A DNA stretch of 64,000 bases from Bacteroidota bacterium (GCA_019695345.1 JAIBAE010000012.1:3732-67731), one strand, 5' to 3'; positions 26,924-37,330 are shown, numbered from the stretch's first letter. Numbers and translations are program-made. Notes: a model not told the origin generated them from the sequence alone.

Positions 26924-26989
26924 CATGTGTACCCAGGTAGGGGGATATTTTTATTACCTAAACTGATGAACGGACAGATAGAAGTATGA
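26924..26989 (+). pseudogene. Relic of a second hsdS 3' end
   Basis: Translates to ...GRGIFLLPKLMNGQIEV*, compared with ...RDILLPRLMNGEIEV* for the intact hsdS (26286-26324). The differences are mostly synonymous or conservative. Its stop overlaps the ATG at 26986, exactly like the hsdS/next-gene junction. Confidence 0.6.
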
Positions 26990-27276
26990 GCGAAATAGTT
27001 ATATACCAGACCCCCGACAATCAAACGCAGGTAGAAGTGCAGTTTGAAGGGGAAACTTTTTGGCTAAATCGCTATCAACTGGCTTTGTTGTTTGATAGAG
27101 ACATCAAAACTATCGGCAAACACATTAATAATGTGTTTTCGGAAGGCGAATTACAACAAAGTTCAGTTGTCGCAAAATTTGCGACAACTGCCGATGACGG
27201 TAAAGTTTATCAGGTAGAACATTACAATCTTGATGTTATTTTCTCTGTTGGTTATCGAGTTAAGACCAAGCATTAA
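26986..27276 (+). pseudogene. Truncated RhuM-family N-terminal fragment (duplicate of the start of the next gene)
   Basis: MSEIVIYQTPDNQTQVEVQFEGETFWLNRYQLALLF...HYNLDVIFSVGYRVKTKH* parallels MSEIVIYQTPDNKTELEVKFDGETVWLTQYQLAELF...HYNLDVIISVGYRINSKRGTQFRQW of 27294, then stops. Confidence 0.65.
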
Positions 27277-27293
27277 AAACCTTATCGCATAAA

Positions 27294-28262
27294 ATGAGCG
27301 AAATAGTTATATATCAAACCCCCGACAATAAAACCGAACTTGAAGTTAAGTTTGATGGAGAAACTGTTTGGTTAACTCAATATCAATTAGCCGAGCTATT
27401 TCAGGGAAGTAGAACAAACATTGTAGAGCATATAAAGAATATTTACAAAACGTCTGAACTTGATGAAAATTCAACTTGTCGGAAATTCCGACAAGTTCAA
27501 AAAGAGGGTAAAAGAACTGTTGAAAGGAAAATTGATCATTACAACTTAGATGTCATAATTTCGGTAGGTTATCGAATTAACTCCAAGCGTGGCACCCAAT
27601 TCCGCCAATGGGCTACCCAACGGCTAAAGGATTACTTGGTGCAGGGCTACGCCATTAACGAAAAACGTCTTGCAGAAAAACAGCAGGAAGTAGAATACCT
27701 GAAATCCGGTATTCGTATTCTCAATCGTGCTATTACACAACAAGCATCTGTTCAGGAAAGCGAGATTCTGCGCACCTTTGCTATGGGATTAGCATTGCTT
27801 GATGACTATGACCACGAGCAATTGGACGAACACGGCAGTACAATTCGGCAAGCAGTATATCCCACGGTTGAGGATTATCTTTCCCTTATTGCCTCCATGC
27901 AATCAAACTTTGCCTCCGGTGTATTTGCCAAACCCAAAGACGGCAGCTTTGAAAGTTCAGTACGGCAAATTGAACAGAGTTTTGGTGATGCAGACCTCTA
28001 TCCCACTATCGAGGAAAAAGCTGCAACGCTTTTATACCTTATTGTAAAAAACCACTCGTTTGTAGATGGTAATAAGCGCATAGGTGCTGCGTGTTTTCTG
28101 TACTTCTTAGAGAAGAATAGTAAGCTAAACACAGAGCCACAAAATAAAAACTTAAGCAATCAGGCGTTAGCGGCACTTACACTGTTTGTGGCTACAAGTA
28201 AGCCCGAAGAAATGAACATTGTAAAGCAATTTATCATTAGTATTCTTAATCGAAATACATGA
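27294..28262 (+). CDS. RhuM-family / Fic-DOC-family protein
   Basis: RhuM-like N-terminal half. The C-terminal half carries a Fic/Doc core motif HSFVDGNKRIGAA (HxFx(D/E)GN(G/K)R). Confidence 0.8.
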   Translation: MSEIVIYQTPDNKTELEVKFDGETVWLTQYQLAELFQGSRTNIVEHIKNIYKTSELDENSTCRKFRQVQKEGKRTVERKIDHYNLDVIISVGYRINSKRGTQFRQWATQRLKDYLVQGYAINEKRLAEKQQEVEYLKSGIRILNRAITQQASVQESEILRTFAMGLALLDDYDHEQLDEHGSTIRQAVYPTVEDYLSLIASMQSNFASGVFAKPKDGSFESSVRQIEQSFGDADLYPTIEEKAATLLYLIVKNHSFVDGNKRIGAACFLYFLEKNSKLNTEPQNKNLSNQALAALTLFVATSKPEEMNIVKQFIISILNRNT

Positions 28263-31200
28263 GTTACGAATATTCGGAAGATAATCTCATTGAGCGAACA
28301 GCCATGGAGTTGTTTTACAAACAACTTGGCTGGGATATACAATATGCCTACAACACCGAGAGCTTTGGCGAAGGTAGTACCTTGGGCAGACTGAACAAAA
28401 AAGAAGTTGTGCTCAAAAAGATATTCTTTGATAAGCTGAAACAGTTCAATCCCAACTTGCCTGAACAGGCATACACTCAGGCATACGAAAAACTCATTGA
28501 AGAAAGCATAACAAAGTCATTAGCAGAAATCAATTACGAAAAACACCAACTACTCCGCAATGGTATTCCTGTTGACTTTATCAACGAAAAAGGCGAGCAG
28601 GTAAAAAACAAAACACTCAGGGTTTTTGATTTTGATAATGCTGACAACAACAACTTTTTAGCTGTACAGCAATTGTGGATTCAGGGAAAAAGCAACCGCG
28701 AACGCAGACCAGACATTATCGGTTTTGTAAATGGTATTCCCCTTCTGTTTATTGAACTAAAAGCTGCTCACCGAAAATTAGAAAACGCCTACAACGATAA
28801 TTTCACCGACTACAAAGATGTTATTCCAAAACTATTTTATTACAATGCCTTTGTAGTATTGAGCAACGGCATCGAAAGCCGTATTGGAAGCATTACAGGT
28901 AAGTATCAGCATTTCCACGAATGGAAACGTATAACAGAAGAAGACGAAGGCATTGTTGCGTTAGATAGAATTATTGTAGGTGTTTGCCAGAAGAAACGCT
29001 TTTTGGATTTGTTTGAGAACTTTATTCTGTTTGATAACTCATTAGGCAAAGTGGTAAAGCTGATTGCCCGTAACCATCAGTTTATTGGTGTAAACAAGGC
29101 ATTAGAAAACATTCAACATAAAGAGCAACTCTATAAACTGGGAAAAATCAGTTTGGAAGAAAAACAAAAACTCGGTGTGTTCTGGCATACACAAGGAAGC
29201 GGAAAATCGTACTCAATGGTTTTCTTCTGCCAAAAGATTCACCACAAGTTTACAGGTAGTTATACCTTTTTAATTGTAACCGACCGTAACGAATTAGACA
29301 CACAGATTTACGGCACATTTAGCGGAGTAGGTGCAGTACCACAAGTAAAAGCAGGTGCAAAAGATTCACTAAAAGCGAATAGTGGTAAACATCTTAAAGA
29401 ACTACTGGGTTCAGAACATCGCTATCTGTTTACGCTTATTCATAAATTCAACTTTGAGGAAGAAATAACCAAGCGAGATAATATCATTGTTATTTCAGAC
29501 GAAGCACACCGAACCCAAGGTGGTAACTTAGCAATGAATCTGCGTAATGCTTTACCCAATGCTTCATTTATTGGTTTTACCGGAACACCACTTTTTAAGG
29601 ACGATGAAATTACCAAGCGGATTTTTGGTGATTATGTTTCACGTTACGATTTCAAACGTAGTGTAGATGATGGTGCAACTGTTCCGTTGTATTACGAGAA
29701 CAGAGGTGAGTATCTAAAATTGAACAATCCCAAAATCAATGAACATATCAGGACTCTTTTAGAAAGGGAAGAGCTAGAAAGCGACGAACGTAGCAAAGTT
29801 GAAAAATTAATTGCAAAGGAGTATCCAATCCTAACAGCAAAGAAAAGATTGAACGATATTGCTAAAGATGCTGTGTGGCATTTTTGTAACCGTGGCTACA
29901 AAGGAAAAGGAATGTTTATCGCGTTGGATAAACTTACAGCTGTAAGAATGTATGACCTGATTACAGAGCACTGGAAAAAGTATGTAGAGCAATTGGAGAA
30001 GGAAGTTTCCAAAGGAAAATATGGCGACCAGGAATTGTTGGAGAAAAGCCGAGAGCTGATATGGATTAAGGAAACCGAGATTTGTGTGGTTGTAAGTTCA
30101 GAGCAAAACGAAATTCAGAAGTTTAAGAAATGGGATTTGGATATTGAACCACATAGAGAGAAGATGAACACACAAGACCTAGAAACAAGGTTTAAAGATG
30201 AGAATGACCATTTCCGTTTTGTGATAGTTTGTGCTATGTGGATTACAGGTTTTGATGTTCCTACACTTTCTACGTTATATTTAGATAAGCCGTTAAAGTC
30301 GCATACTCTCATGCAAGCAATTGCACGTGCTAATAGAATCAGCGAAGGTAAAAACAATGGTTTGATTGTGGATTATATTGAAACGTACACAGCGTTGTTG
30401 GATGCTTTAGCAATTTATGGTTCTGGCGGTGAAGATAACGGCGGAGGAGAAAAGCCCGAAGCACCTGTAAAGCCTAAAGAAGAACTCATTAATCTGTTGG
30501 AAGAAGCATTAGAAGCTACAGAAACCTTTCTGAAGGATGAAGTGAACTTCAATTTACAGGAACTCATCAATGCAGACGGTTTGCACAAATTGGCTGCAAT
30601 GGAAAAAGCCGTGAATGCCGTTTACACCAATGACGAAACCAAACGTAAGTATCAGGTTTTGGCAAGAGAAGTATTTAAGAAGTATAAAGCCCTGCAACCC
30701 GACAAAATGTTGAATACTTATGCAACAAGGAAAAATGCGATTGATGTAATCTACACCGCCATTGAAGACAATATTGAAAGTGCAGATGTAGCCGATATAA
30801 TGCGAAAAATTCAAAATGTGGTTGATGAATCCATAGAAAATATGATAGCAGAACCCGGACGCAACGAAGAAAAAATCATTGATCTTAGCGGACTTGATTT
30901 TAATTTGTTGGAGCAATACTTCTTAAAGACTAAAAATAAAAATACAGCAGTTCAATCGCTCAAAGACAAAGTTGAAAAACAATTGAAACAAATGGTAGAA
31001 CGCAACCCACTGACGATTGACTATTACAAACGCTATCAGGAAATCATTGAAGAATATAACAGAGGAAAAGATGAGGTGGTAATCAAAGAAACCTTCAGAA
31101 AACTCATCGAACTTGTAAACTCATATTCCGAAGAAGAAGCCACCACAAAACGAGAAGGACTTACAGACGAGCAAAAAGCTATATTCGACATTCTCAGACA

Positions 31201-31477
31201 CGGTAAAAAGTTAGAAGAAAAAGAGAAAAATGAAATCAAGAAAATATCTATCGAACTGTTAGAAGAGCTTAAGCGAGATAAATTAAAAATTGAACAGTGG
31301 TATGATAAATCCGTTACCGCCGCCGCGGTATTTAATACAATCAGCAAGACATTATTTGAAACACTACCGTATCCGGCATTCCAAAATGATGAAATTGATT
31401 TAAAGACAAATCTTGTATACGAACATTTGCGCCAACAATATTACGGTGGTGGTCTAAGCATATATGGCTCCTATTAA
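28259..31477 (+). CDS. hsdR: Type I restriction endonuclease subunit R
   Basis: 1072 aa. Helicase motif I HTQGSGKS, DEAH box ISDEAHRTQ, FTGTP, QAIARANR. There is a 4-nt overlap with the upstream gene. Confidence 0.92.
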   Translation: MSYEYSEDNLIERTAMELFYKQLGWDIQYAYNTESFGEGSTLGRLNKKEVVLKKIFFDKLKQFNPNLPEQAYTQAYEKLIEESITKSLAEINYEKHQLLRNGIPVDFINEKGEQVKNKTLRVFDFDNADNNNFLAVQQLWIQGKSNRERRPDIIGFVNGIPLLFIELKAAHRKLENAYNDNFTDYKDVIPKLFYYNAFVVLSNGIESRIGSITGKYQHFHEWKRITEEDEGIVALDRIIVGVCQKKRFLDLFENFILFDNSLGKVVKLIARNHQFIGVNKALENIQHKEQLYKLGKISLEEKQKLGVFWHTQGSGKSYSMVFFCQKIHHKFTGSYTFLIVTDRNELDTQIYGTFSGVGAVPQVKAGAKDSLKANSGKHLKELLGSEHRYLFTLIHKFNFEEEITKRDNIIVISDEAHRTQGGNLAMNLRNALPNASFIGFTGTPLFKDDEITKRIFGDYVSRYDFKRSVDDGATVPLYYENRGEYLKLNNPKINEHIRTLLEREELESDERSKVEKLIAKEYPILTAKKRLNDIAKDAVWHFCNRGYKGKGMFIALDKLTAVRMYDLITEHWKKYVEQLEKEVSKGKYGDQELLEKSRELIWIKETEICVVVSSEQNEIQKFKKWDLDIEPHREKMNTQDLETRFKDENDHFRFVIVCAMWITGFDVPTLSTLYLDKPLKSHTLMQAIARANRISEGKNNGLIVDYIETYTALLDALAIYGSGGEDNGGGEKPEAPVKPKEELINLLEEALEATETFLKDEVNFNLQELINADGLHKLAAMEKAVNAVYTNDETKRKYQVLAREVFKKYKALQPDKMLNTYATRKNAIDVIYTAIEDNIESADVADIMRKIQNVVDESIENMIAEPGRNEEKIIDLSGLDFNLLEQYFLKTKNKNTAVQSLKDKVEKQLKQMVERNPLTIDYYKRYQEIIEEYNRGKDEVVIKETFRKLIELVNSYSEEEATTKREGLTDEQKAIFDILRHGKKLEEKEKNEIKKISIELLEELKRDKLKIEQWYDKSVTAAAVFNTISKTLFETLPYPAFQNDEIDLKTNLVYEHLRQQYYGGGLSIYGSY

Positions 31478-32038
31478 AGGTGTGCTGTAGTATTTCCGTA
31501 GAACTGTAGTAATTTCACTTGGCTTCTCTCCGGCATAGAGCTGTTGTAGTTTGCTATACCGCTTGGTGCCGTCCCGCGTAAGCAAAAAACTATTTATCAG
31601 ATAGATAATGTACTGCAAAGCGGGTGTTTGTGCGATAGTTTTCGTCATTTTGTATTTTTTTTGCGTTTTATTGCCTTTTATTGCCTTTTTTTCGCAACTA
31701 AAACGAGTTCAAATGTTGACTTTTATTGTGAAAACGTGGCTTTTTAGGAAGATTACGGTAGTGTTTGAACCGCAAAAATGTATATACAAGATGATACATT
31801 GAGATAAACATAATAGACAGCGGTATAAGTAATAAAAATTTGAAGAAATTTTTAGGATATCATCCTATACTAATCGTTTTGTATCATAAAGTGTAATAGT
31901 AGGTGAACATTATTATGTGCTATCGCAAGACGGCACCGAATAACAAGCAAATCAAACCATTACCTTGCCGGAGAGTACACCATTTGACATTAATTTTTGA
32001 CACATTTAAGATACTTCCCTACGATGTAAAACCCAATT

Positions 32039-33280
32039 CTACTTCTGTACTTCAGTTAGCGAATTGAAAATGCGGTATGAGATACCAAAGAAAAGTTCAG
32101 ATGACATTACTTTAGGGATTATGTCCTTAGTATTTGATACTTTAGTTGTGCTAAGAGATACTTCGGTGGTGGCAAACTCAGAGAAGAATGTGTAGCCACC
32201 TATTAAATCGATACTCTTGGTTAGTGGAAAACCAACCGCCACAAAAAACTGTTGAAAAGGATTAGTACTTAACTCAACCCCACCCATAATTGATACTTCT
32301 TTTACAAAATAATACCAAGGTATATTGGTATATGGTGAGTTGTCGGGGATTTTCCCAAATGGAGAGTAGGCAATTAAAAGAGATAATGGGATTTTCTCGG
32401 ATGTTGTACTTTGTATTGTTGTATCCGAAACTAACAGTGCATCTCGTATAGTAATATTTCTGAATGAAACTCCTATGCATAAGTCAAGTTCCTTTGGCTC
32501 TACATTATTGATTTTTAATAATGTTGGTAGCTCTACGGTTTTTTCATAATCTTGATATAATAACGCATCAGTATTTGCTAATTTCACTCTATTCGTAACC
32601 AATAGTTGATATGGATAATTATTGCCTATGTAACTTCCTATATCCTCTATATAACAGGTTATGTGGATAATGTTTTTAGTATCTACAGAATCACTTCCTG
32701 CAAGTCCTAATCCAAATATCTTGGGAAGTTTTGAGAGTAAATGTTGAGGTGACAACAGACTATACATAGAAGTTACCGCTAACTCATTACTCTGCTTCTG
32801 CTCAATGTTCTTATACTTTACCATGTAGGGTTTTTTACGTGCTGATGCAGAGTCTAATAATGAATTATGTAAATATAAACAATACAGCACTTCACCTTTA
32901 ACTAGTTGTTGTACCGGAGGGGTGTTACTCAAAACATCATCAATATTATATACCAGCGAATATCCTGTTCCTTCATTTATAAAAGCCACATAACCTTTTT
33001 TGTTACTGTTGCGGTTCATTGTTTGAATTGTATGTAGTACCTCCCGAACAGAAGAATCAGTTCTAAGTATTTCAAATAGTTTATGTGTAGATGATTTTGG
33101 TTCACCAGATAGGTGGTGATGAATCAAGTCATTTATAGCATCAATATCACTGTTATTATTGGATGCTAATTGTTCTGTAGATATAGTAAGCACTTTGGAC
33201 AAAGTATTGTTTGTTCCTGAAATTACAGTTGAATACAAACAACAGTTAAATACAATAAACAGACATAGTAAGTAATTCAT
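32039..33280 (-). CDS. Hypothetical exported protein (the only minus-strand cargo gene in the island)
   Basis: The internal ATG (33278-33280) gives the signal peptide MNYLLCLFIVFNCCLYSTVISG. The C-terminal third has alternating-hydrophobic beta-strand character. No recognisable motif. Confidence 0.55.
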   Translation of the reverse strand: MNYLLCLFIVFNCCLYSTVISGTNNTLSKVLTISTEQLASNNNSDIDAINDLIHHHLSGEPKSSTHKLFEILRTDSSVREVLHTIQTMNRNSNKKGYVAFINEGTGYSLVYNIDDVLSNTPPVQQLVKGEVLYCLYLHNSLLDSASARKKPYMVKYKNIEQKQSNELAVTSMYSLLSPQHLLSKLPKIFGLGLAGSDSVDTKNIIHITCYIEDIGSYIGNNYPYQLLVTNRVKLANTDALLYQDYEKTVELPTLLKINNVEPKELDLCIGVSFRNITIRDALLVSDTTIQSTTSEKIPLSLLIAYSPFGKIPDNSPYTNIPWYYFVKEVSIMGGVELSTNPFQQFFVAVGFPLTKSIDLIGGYTFFSEFATTEVSLSTTKVSNTKDIIPKVMSSELFFGISYRIFNSLTEVQK

Positions 33281-33371
33281 AAAGAATCCATCAAATTGAT
33301 GAGTACATAGAGGTGTATGTAAATCTAAGTTATATTCTGTTGTCAGTATAACAATAGAATATTTTATTCTT

Positions 33372-33401
33372 TTGTCAACCAACCATAAACTTTTCTATTC
33401 A
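33372..33401 (+). promoter_or_regulatory. Bipartite motif TTGTCAACCA-N13-CTATTCA (candidate ECF-type promoter), site 1
   Basis: Same boxes and exactly the same spacing as 37301-37330 and 50617-50646. It lies 191 nt upstream of ATG 33592. Confidence 0.5.
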
Positions 33402-33591
33402 TTACTGTAGAGTCGTTGGTTAAATACAGGGTAAGAATGGTTCGGACAGCACAGCCAAAATGCATACATAAAATCCTCTGAGAGGTGTGCAACAAGAACC
33501 ATTCTTTCTTTTTCTAACTGAGAAAGGTACCAAATCAGGCAGGATAAAAACCAACAATAAAAATGAATAATCAATTTATTAAGGTGTTTTT

Positions 33592-34524
33592 ATGAAAACT
33601 ATCGGAACAGTACAGATGCTGTGCTTTACGATACTTATAACTGTACAATGTTCATCGCAACTACAGTGTAAAAGTACGGAGCAGTGTACTTATACCGCAA
33701 CAAAGTCAATTCGTGTATTAGTAGTTGCCCAAAGCGCATATAAACGTGAACAAGTGCTAAGGAAAGTATATAGTATTATAGGGGATAGAGTGTTATCTCA
33801 AGCCAATGAGATTATCATTGATTCCTGTGCATCGGTTTCAGGCTCTGTTGAATTGGTACAGTATCAAGGAAAAAGCGAAGCATTGTCATTGTTAAATAGG
33901 AGGTTTTTAATGGACGTACAACCATCTGTCATTCTCATTAACGAGAAAAATGAAGTAAAAGCTATATTGAAAGGCAATGATGTATCAAATGAGCTTCAGA
34001 ATGCTTTAGAGTTTTCAGTTAAGAACGGGAATATTGCCTCAACGTACAGAGAATTCATCTTACGAAACATTGTTTCACGAAACCCCGAAAATGCAGACGC
34101 ATGGGGCGATTTAGGTTCTGAGATAAACTCTCCCACCCGATATACAGAAGCAATATCATGTTGGCAAAAATCACTTCAGTTAGGTTTATACAGTAGCAAC
34201 GATTCATTGTGTGTTATGAACAACATAGGAGATGCATATATGCAGAATACTAACAATTATTTTGAAGCAATTAGAATGTATTCCTTAGCCGATGAAGTTG
34301 CAGCAAGTTTGTGGGAGAAAGCTAGGCTTGCCATCAGAAAAGCTATAGCGTATTCGTTGGCTCATAAAGAAGCGGAATCAAAATCGGAGTTAAACAAATA
34401 CAAACAATATACTACAGTAATGCAGTTAACCCCTGAATCAACAAATGTACTTCTTGAGGATATTCCCTCGGTTGATGTCGTAAAAAGTATGGTAAGTACG
34501 GTGAATGGAAAAATCGGGTTGTAA
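33592..34524 (+). CDS. Hypothetical exported protein, Trx-fold-like N-terminal region (no CxxC) + TPR-like C-terminus
   Basis: Signal peptide. PSVILINEKNEVKAILKG resembles the thioredoxin-fold beta-strand region. NPENADAWGDLGSEI...YTEAISCWQKSLQL is TPR-like. Weak assignment. Confidence 0.55.
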   Translation: MKTIGTVQMLCFTILITVQCSSQLQCKSTEQCTYTATKSIRVLVVAQSAYKREQVLRKVYSIIGDRVLSQANEIIIDSCASVSGSVELVQYQGKSEALSLLNRRFLMDVQPSVILINEKNEVKAILKGNDVSNELQNALEFSVKNGNIASTYREFILRNIVSRNPENADAWGDLGSEINSPTRYTEAISCWQKSLQLGLYSSNDSLCVMNNIGDAYMQNTNNYFEAIRMYSLADEVAASLWEKARLAIRKAIAYSLAHKEAESKSELNKYKQYTTVMQLTPESTNVLLEDIPSVDVVKSMVSTVNGKIGL

Positions 34525-34541
34525 TGTGTTTTCTGTACTCG

Positions 34542-34586
34542 GCTACCTATAAAGCATCATCTGTTTTGTAGGTAGCTTTGTTTTCT
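34542..34586 (+). terminator. Hairpin + T-rich tract between 33592 gene and the ECF sigma gene
   Basis: GCTACCTA-N19-TAGGTAGC followed by TTTGTTTTCTT. Confidence 0.4.
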
Positions 34587-34637
34587 TGGCATTGTGTGGT
34601 ATTTTATGGTGGGTTCCACCTTCTAAAGTTGTTGAGT

Positions 34638-35234
34638 ATGTTTAATGAAGAAGTAGCATTACAGTATATAGCTCTCTATTGTAAAGAGGGCGATGTGTCG
34701 GGGTTCGATAAATTCTATAACCACTGTAGCAAATATGTGTTACGCTGTGCTAAGCGCATTACCCGCGAAGATGATGTTGCCGATGATTTATTTCAGGAAG
34801 TCTGGATTCGTATTTACCGATATGTATGCAGTTTCCGGGGGGAAGCTAAACTGAAAACATGGATGTACAAAATCATCCTGCAAACCTTTACTGTGAGTAA
34901 GCGGAAGTTAATTGCCGGGGTTACACAAACTTCGGATGTTCTGTATGACGAAGGCGATGAAAGTGCCGAATCAAAGATAGAAGACGATAGCCCATCGCCT
35001 GATTTAGTATTGCAAGGCAAAGAAATTGAAATGTTGGTCAGGGATGCACTGCAATTCCTTACTGATTCTGAACGCACGGTATTTGTTATGCGTCAAGACG
35101 GAGAATTATCAATTAAAGAAATTGCTGAGCAACTTGGTGTAACAGACGGAACGATTAAGACCCTGCACTTCAGAGCCGTAAGGAAATTACAAAAGCAGTT
35201 AAAACATTACATTGCAGGGGAGGAGAAGATATGA
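34638..35234 (+). CDS. ECF-type RNA polymerase sigma-70 family factor
   Basis: Region 2 is DDLFQEVWIRIYRY. Region 4 is SERTVFVMRQDGELSIKEIAEQLGVTDGTIKTLHFRAVRKLQKQL. I prefer ATG 34638 because the ORF-track TTG lies inside the upstream terminator tail. Confidence 0.85.
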   Translation: MFNEEVALQYIALYCKEGDVSGFDKFYNHCSKYVLRCAKRITREDDVADDLFQEVWIRIYRYVCSFRGEAKLKTWMYKIILQTFTVSKRKLIAGVTQTSDVLYDEGDESAESKIEDDSPSPDLVLQGKEIEMLVRDALQFLTDSERTVFVMRQDGELSIKEIAEQLGVTDGTIKTLHFRAVRKLQKQLKHYIAGEEKI

Positions 35235-36154
35235 GAGAACTTGACACATACCGTTTATTATTCTCGGAGTATTATACTAACGAACTATCCAATGATTCCC
35301 GTAAAGAATTAGAAGAGATATTTAAACAGCATCCTGATTTGCATCAAGAATACATTGAGTTCGCCGCAACATTGAACTTTATTAATAAAGGTGAAATAGC
35401 CGAGAACGAATATGATTTTGCAAGTATGCTTTCTGCCATTAAACAGGAAGCACAACAACAACAGCAAGCTACTCCATTGCAAAATCTTGTTCAGCAAAAA
35501 GCACAAACATCGCGTTGGCAAAAAATAAAAAATGTTATTGTATTACATCCCTATCAAATTATTGGATATGCTGTTGCAGTATGTTTAGCTGTTGTTGTTT
35601 ATGTAAATAGCATTAAACCGCCACAACTTATTACCAAGCACAACGGGAAAGACTCCACTGGAAAAGACACAACTATTAAACAACAACAAGTTCCCGATAG
35701 AAACCTGACTAACATTGATACAACAACAAATACACTTCCCAAAAAGCAACATAACAATATGCCGCAAGGGGAAAGCTACTATGCACTGGCATCCAATGGT
35801 AATATGTCCCACATTGAGGACGAAACACGTTTATTACGAAATCAATCTTCGGGAGTATTCGGTTTTGCAACAGAGAAACCATTAACAATTACTCGTATGG
35901 AAATGCGATGGCTACAAAATTCACAGGCAAGAGCGTGGGTCCGTATTGATTCCTTGCCGCAGTTGTTTGGTAAACAACATTCTTCAATTCAATCGCAGTT
36001 AATGGTATTACCTTCGGGCAGAGTTCAACGTGTTACAGTACAAACAGAAACAGACTCATTAAATGCAGTAACATTGCGCCGGATACTTGGCATGTGGCAC
36101 TTTGCGCCAGAAAAGAAAAACTCTTATGTGGAAATTAAGTTTTTTGTGCAATAA
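35231..36154 (+). CDS. Putative anti-sigma factor (single-pass membrane protein with extracytoplasmic domain)
   Basis: ATGA overlap with the sigma gene. The N-terminal ~60 aa are helical, there is a central TM (IIGYAVAVCLAVVVYV), and a ~170-aa C-terminal domain. The arrangement is typical of ECF partners. Confidence 0.65.
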   Translation: MRELDTYRLLFSEYYTNELSNDSRKELEEIFKQHPDLHQEYIEFAATLNFINKGEIAENEYDFASMLSAIKQEAQQQQQATPLQNLVQQKAQTSRWQKIKNVIVLHPYQIIGYAVAVCLAVVVYVNSIKPPQLITKHNGKDSTGKDTTIKQQQVPDRNLTNIDTTTNTLPKKQHNNMPQGESYYALASNGNMSHIEDETRLLRNQSSGVFGFATEKPLTITRMEMRWLQNSQARAWVRIDSLPQLFGKQHSSIQSQLMVLPSGRVQRVTVQTETDSLNAVTLRRILGMWHFAPEKKNSYVEIKFFVQ

Positions 36155-36489
36155 GCCTTGAAAGGTTCGTATGAAATATATCGTATGCTTGTGTTTACTG
36201 ATGTGCCAATGCTGTATACTCATAACAAGTTCGAATGCTTATGCTACACGTGTTTATTAAAACCGCATGTTAATGAAGTATATCAGTATAGTATAGGTTG
36301 ACAATGGTGCATTCTTAGGGTTTGACAATACAGGAAGTTAAGTATTATTTACAAAGTAACATACGGTACATTGTAAATAGAATATGTTTCTTTAATACTG
36401 TTCTTTCCGGCTAGGAGGCGTTAGTTGGTTGTATAAGGTTCGGTGCCATCGGGCGATAGCAAAATACGTAATAACAAATTCATTTTTTT

Positions 36490-37239
36490 ATGAAAAAGAG
36501 ATTGATACTGGCAGGTTGTTTTGTAGCTGTAACTCTTTGTGCGTGGTTCTGGTTTGTAAGCCACGAGCAGGTTCATACGGCACTGACCATCGCAGATATT
36601 AAGCAGTATGAATGGAATTTGAATTCGTGTTTTCGTGTTGAACTAGATTCTACGCTTACGCTGAATATGCGTGCCATAAAAAACGATTGCTTTGCCGCAG
36701 CAGTGATTCAGGATATTATTGAACGTGCGGCGTTAGCAAGGTTTTCCGATTATGATTATTCTCACGCCGAGCAGTTATATACACTATTGTATCAACCGCC
36801 GTTTTCTCCTAGGTTATCAATTAGAAATTATAGAATTTCATGCTTGTTGAATTTGAAACAATACAACAATGCGTATGCACTTGCGGCATTATATAATGAT
36901 GACGCAGAACGACAACGCTACGAAATTGGGAAACTGCAATCGTATTATTATCCATCGCGCTCGTTTGCCGAGTCGCAGGATGCAGTTGCATTGCAAGAGC
37001 ATATTAACGATGTTTGCAAGGAGAAAGATTACTGCTATATTTTGTATGGTGTGAGTGCATTACTTGCTGGTAAAGAATTGGTAAAGGATACAACAACTAT
37101 ATACTACCAACAAAAAAGTATGCTGAATGATTCGGGTTATACTGCGTTAGTGCAACAGGATGTAACTACTACGTTGGAGTACTACAATGTGCGTGTTGAT
37201 TCGGCACAGAAGAAACAGCTATATAGATTAATAGAGTGA
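36490..37239 (+). CDS. Hypothetical membrane-anchored/exported protein
   Basis: N-terminal anchor MKKRLILAGCFVAVTLCAWFWFV. No recognisable motif. Confidence 0.55.
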   Translation: MKKRLILAGCFVAVTLCAWFWFVSHEQVHTALTIADIKQYEWNLNSCFRVELDSTLTLNMRAIKNDCFAAAVIQDIIERAALARFSDYDYSHAEQLYTLLYQPPFSPRLSIRNYRISCLLNLKQYNNAYALAALYNDDAERQRYEIGKLQSYYYPSRSFAESQDAVALQEHINDVCKEKDYCYILYGVSALLAGKELVKDTTTIYYQQKSMLNDSGYTALVQQDVTTTLEYYNVRVDSAQKKQLYRLIE

Positions 37240-37300
37240 TACTTCATAAGAAACCTCCGTTGGTATTGTAACCTTCATCCTCACAAACAAATAAAAATAT

Positions 37301-37330
37301 TTGTCAACCACATATAAAGTTGGCTATTCC
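37301..37330 (+). promoter_or_regulatory. Bipartite motif TTGTCAACCA-N13-CTATTCC, site 2
   Basis: Lies 92 nt upstream of ATG 37422. Confidence 0.5.

Noticed and set aside
26986-27276. Small ORF upstream of the Doc-motif gene as a Phd-like antitoxin
   Set aside because: Its sequence is a near-duplicate of the RhuM N-terminus of the downstream gene ending in a premature stop, so it is a truncated paralog rather than an antitoxin family member.
31454-31648. 64-aa minus-strand ORF overlapping the end of hsdR
   Set aside because: It has no recognisable motif, overlaps hsdR by 24 nt and is an isolated short ORF. I kept it only as a note under the module-junction finding.
36171-36260. 29-codon ORF MKYIVCLCLLMCQCCILITSSNAYATRVY after the anti-sigma gene (signal-peptide-like, Cys-rich)
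   Set aside because: It consists of little more than a signal peptide. It could be a remnant of a truncated exported gene or chance, and there is not enough evidence to call it.
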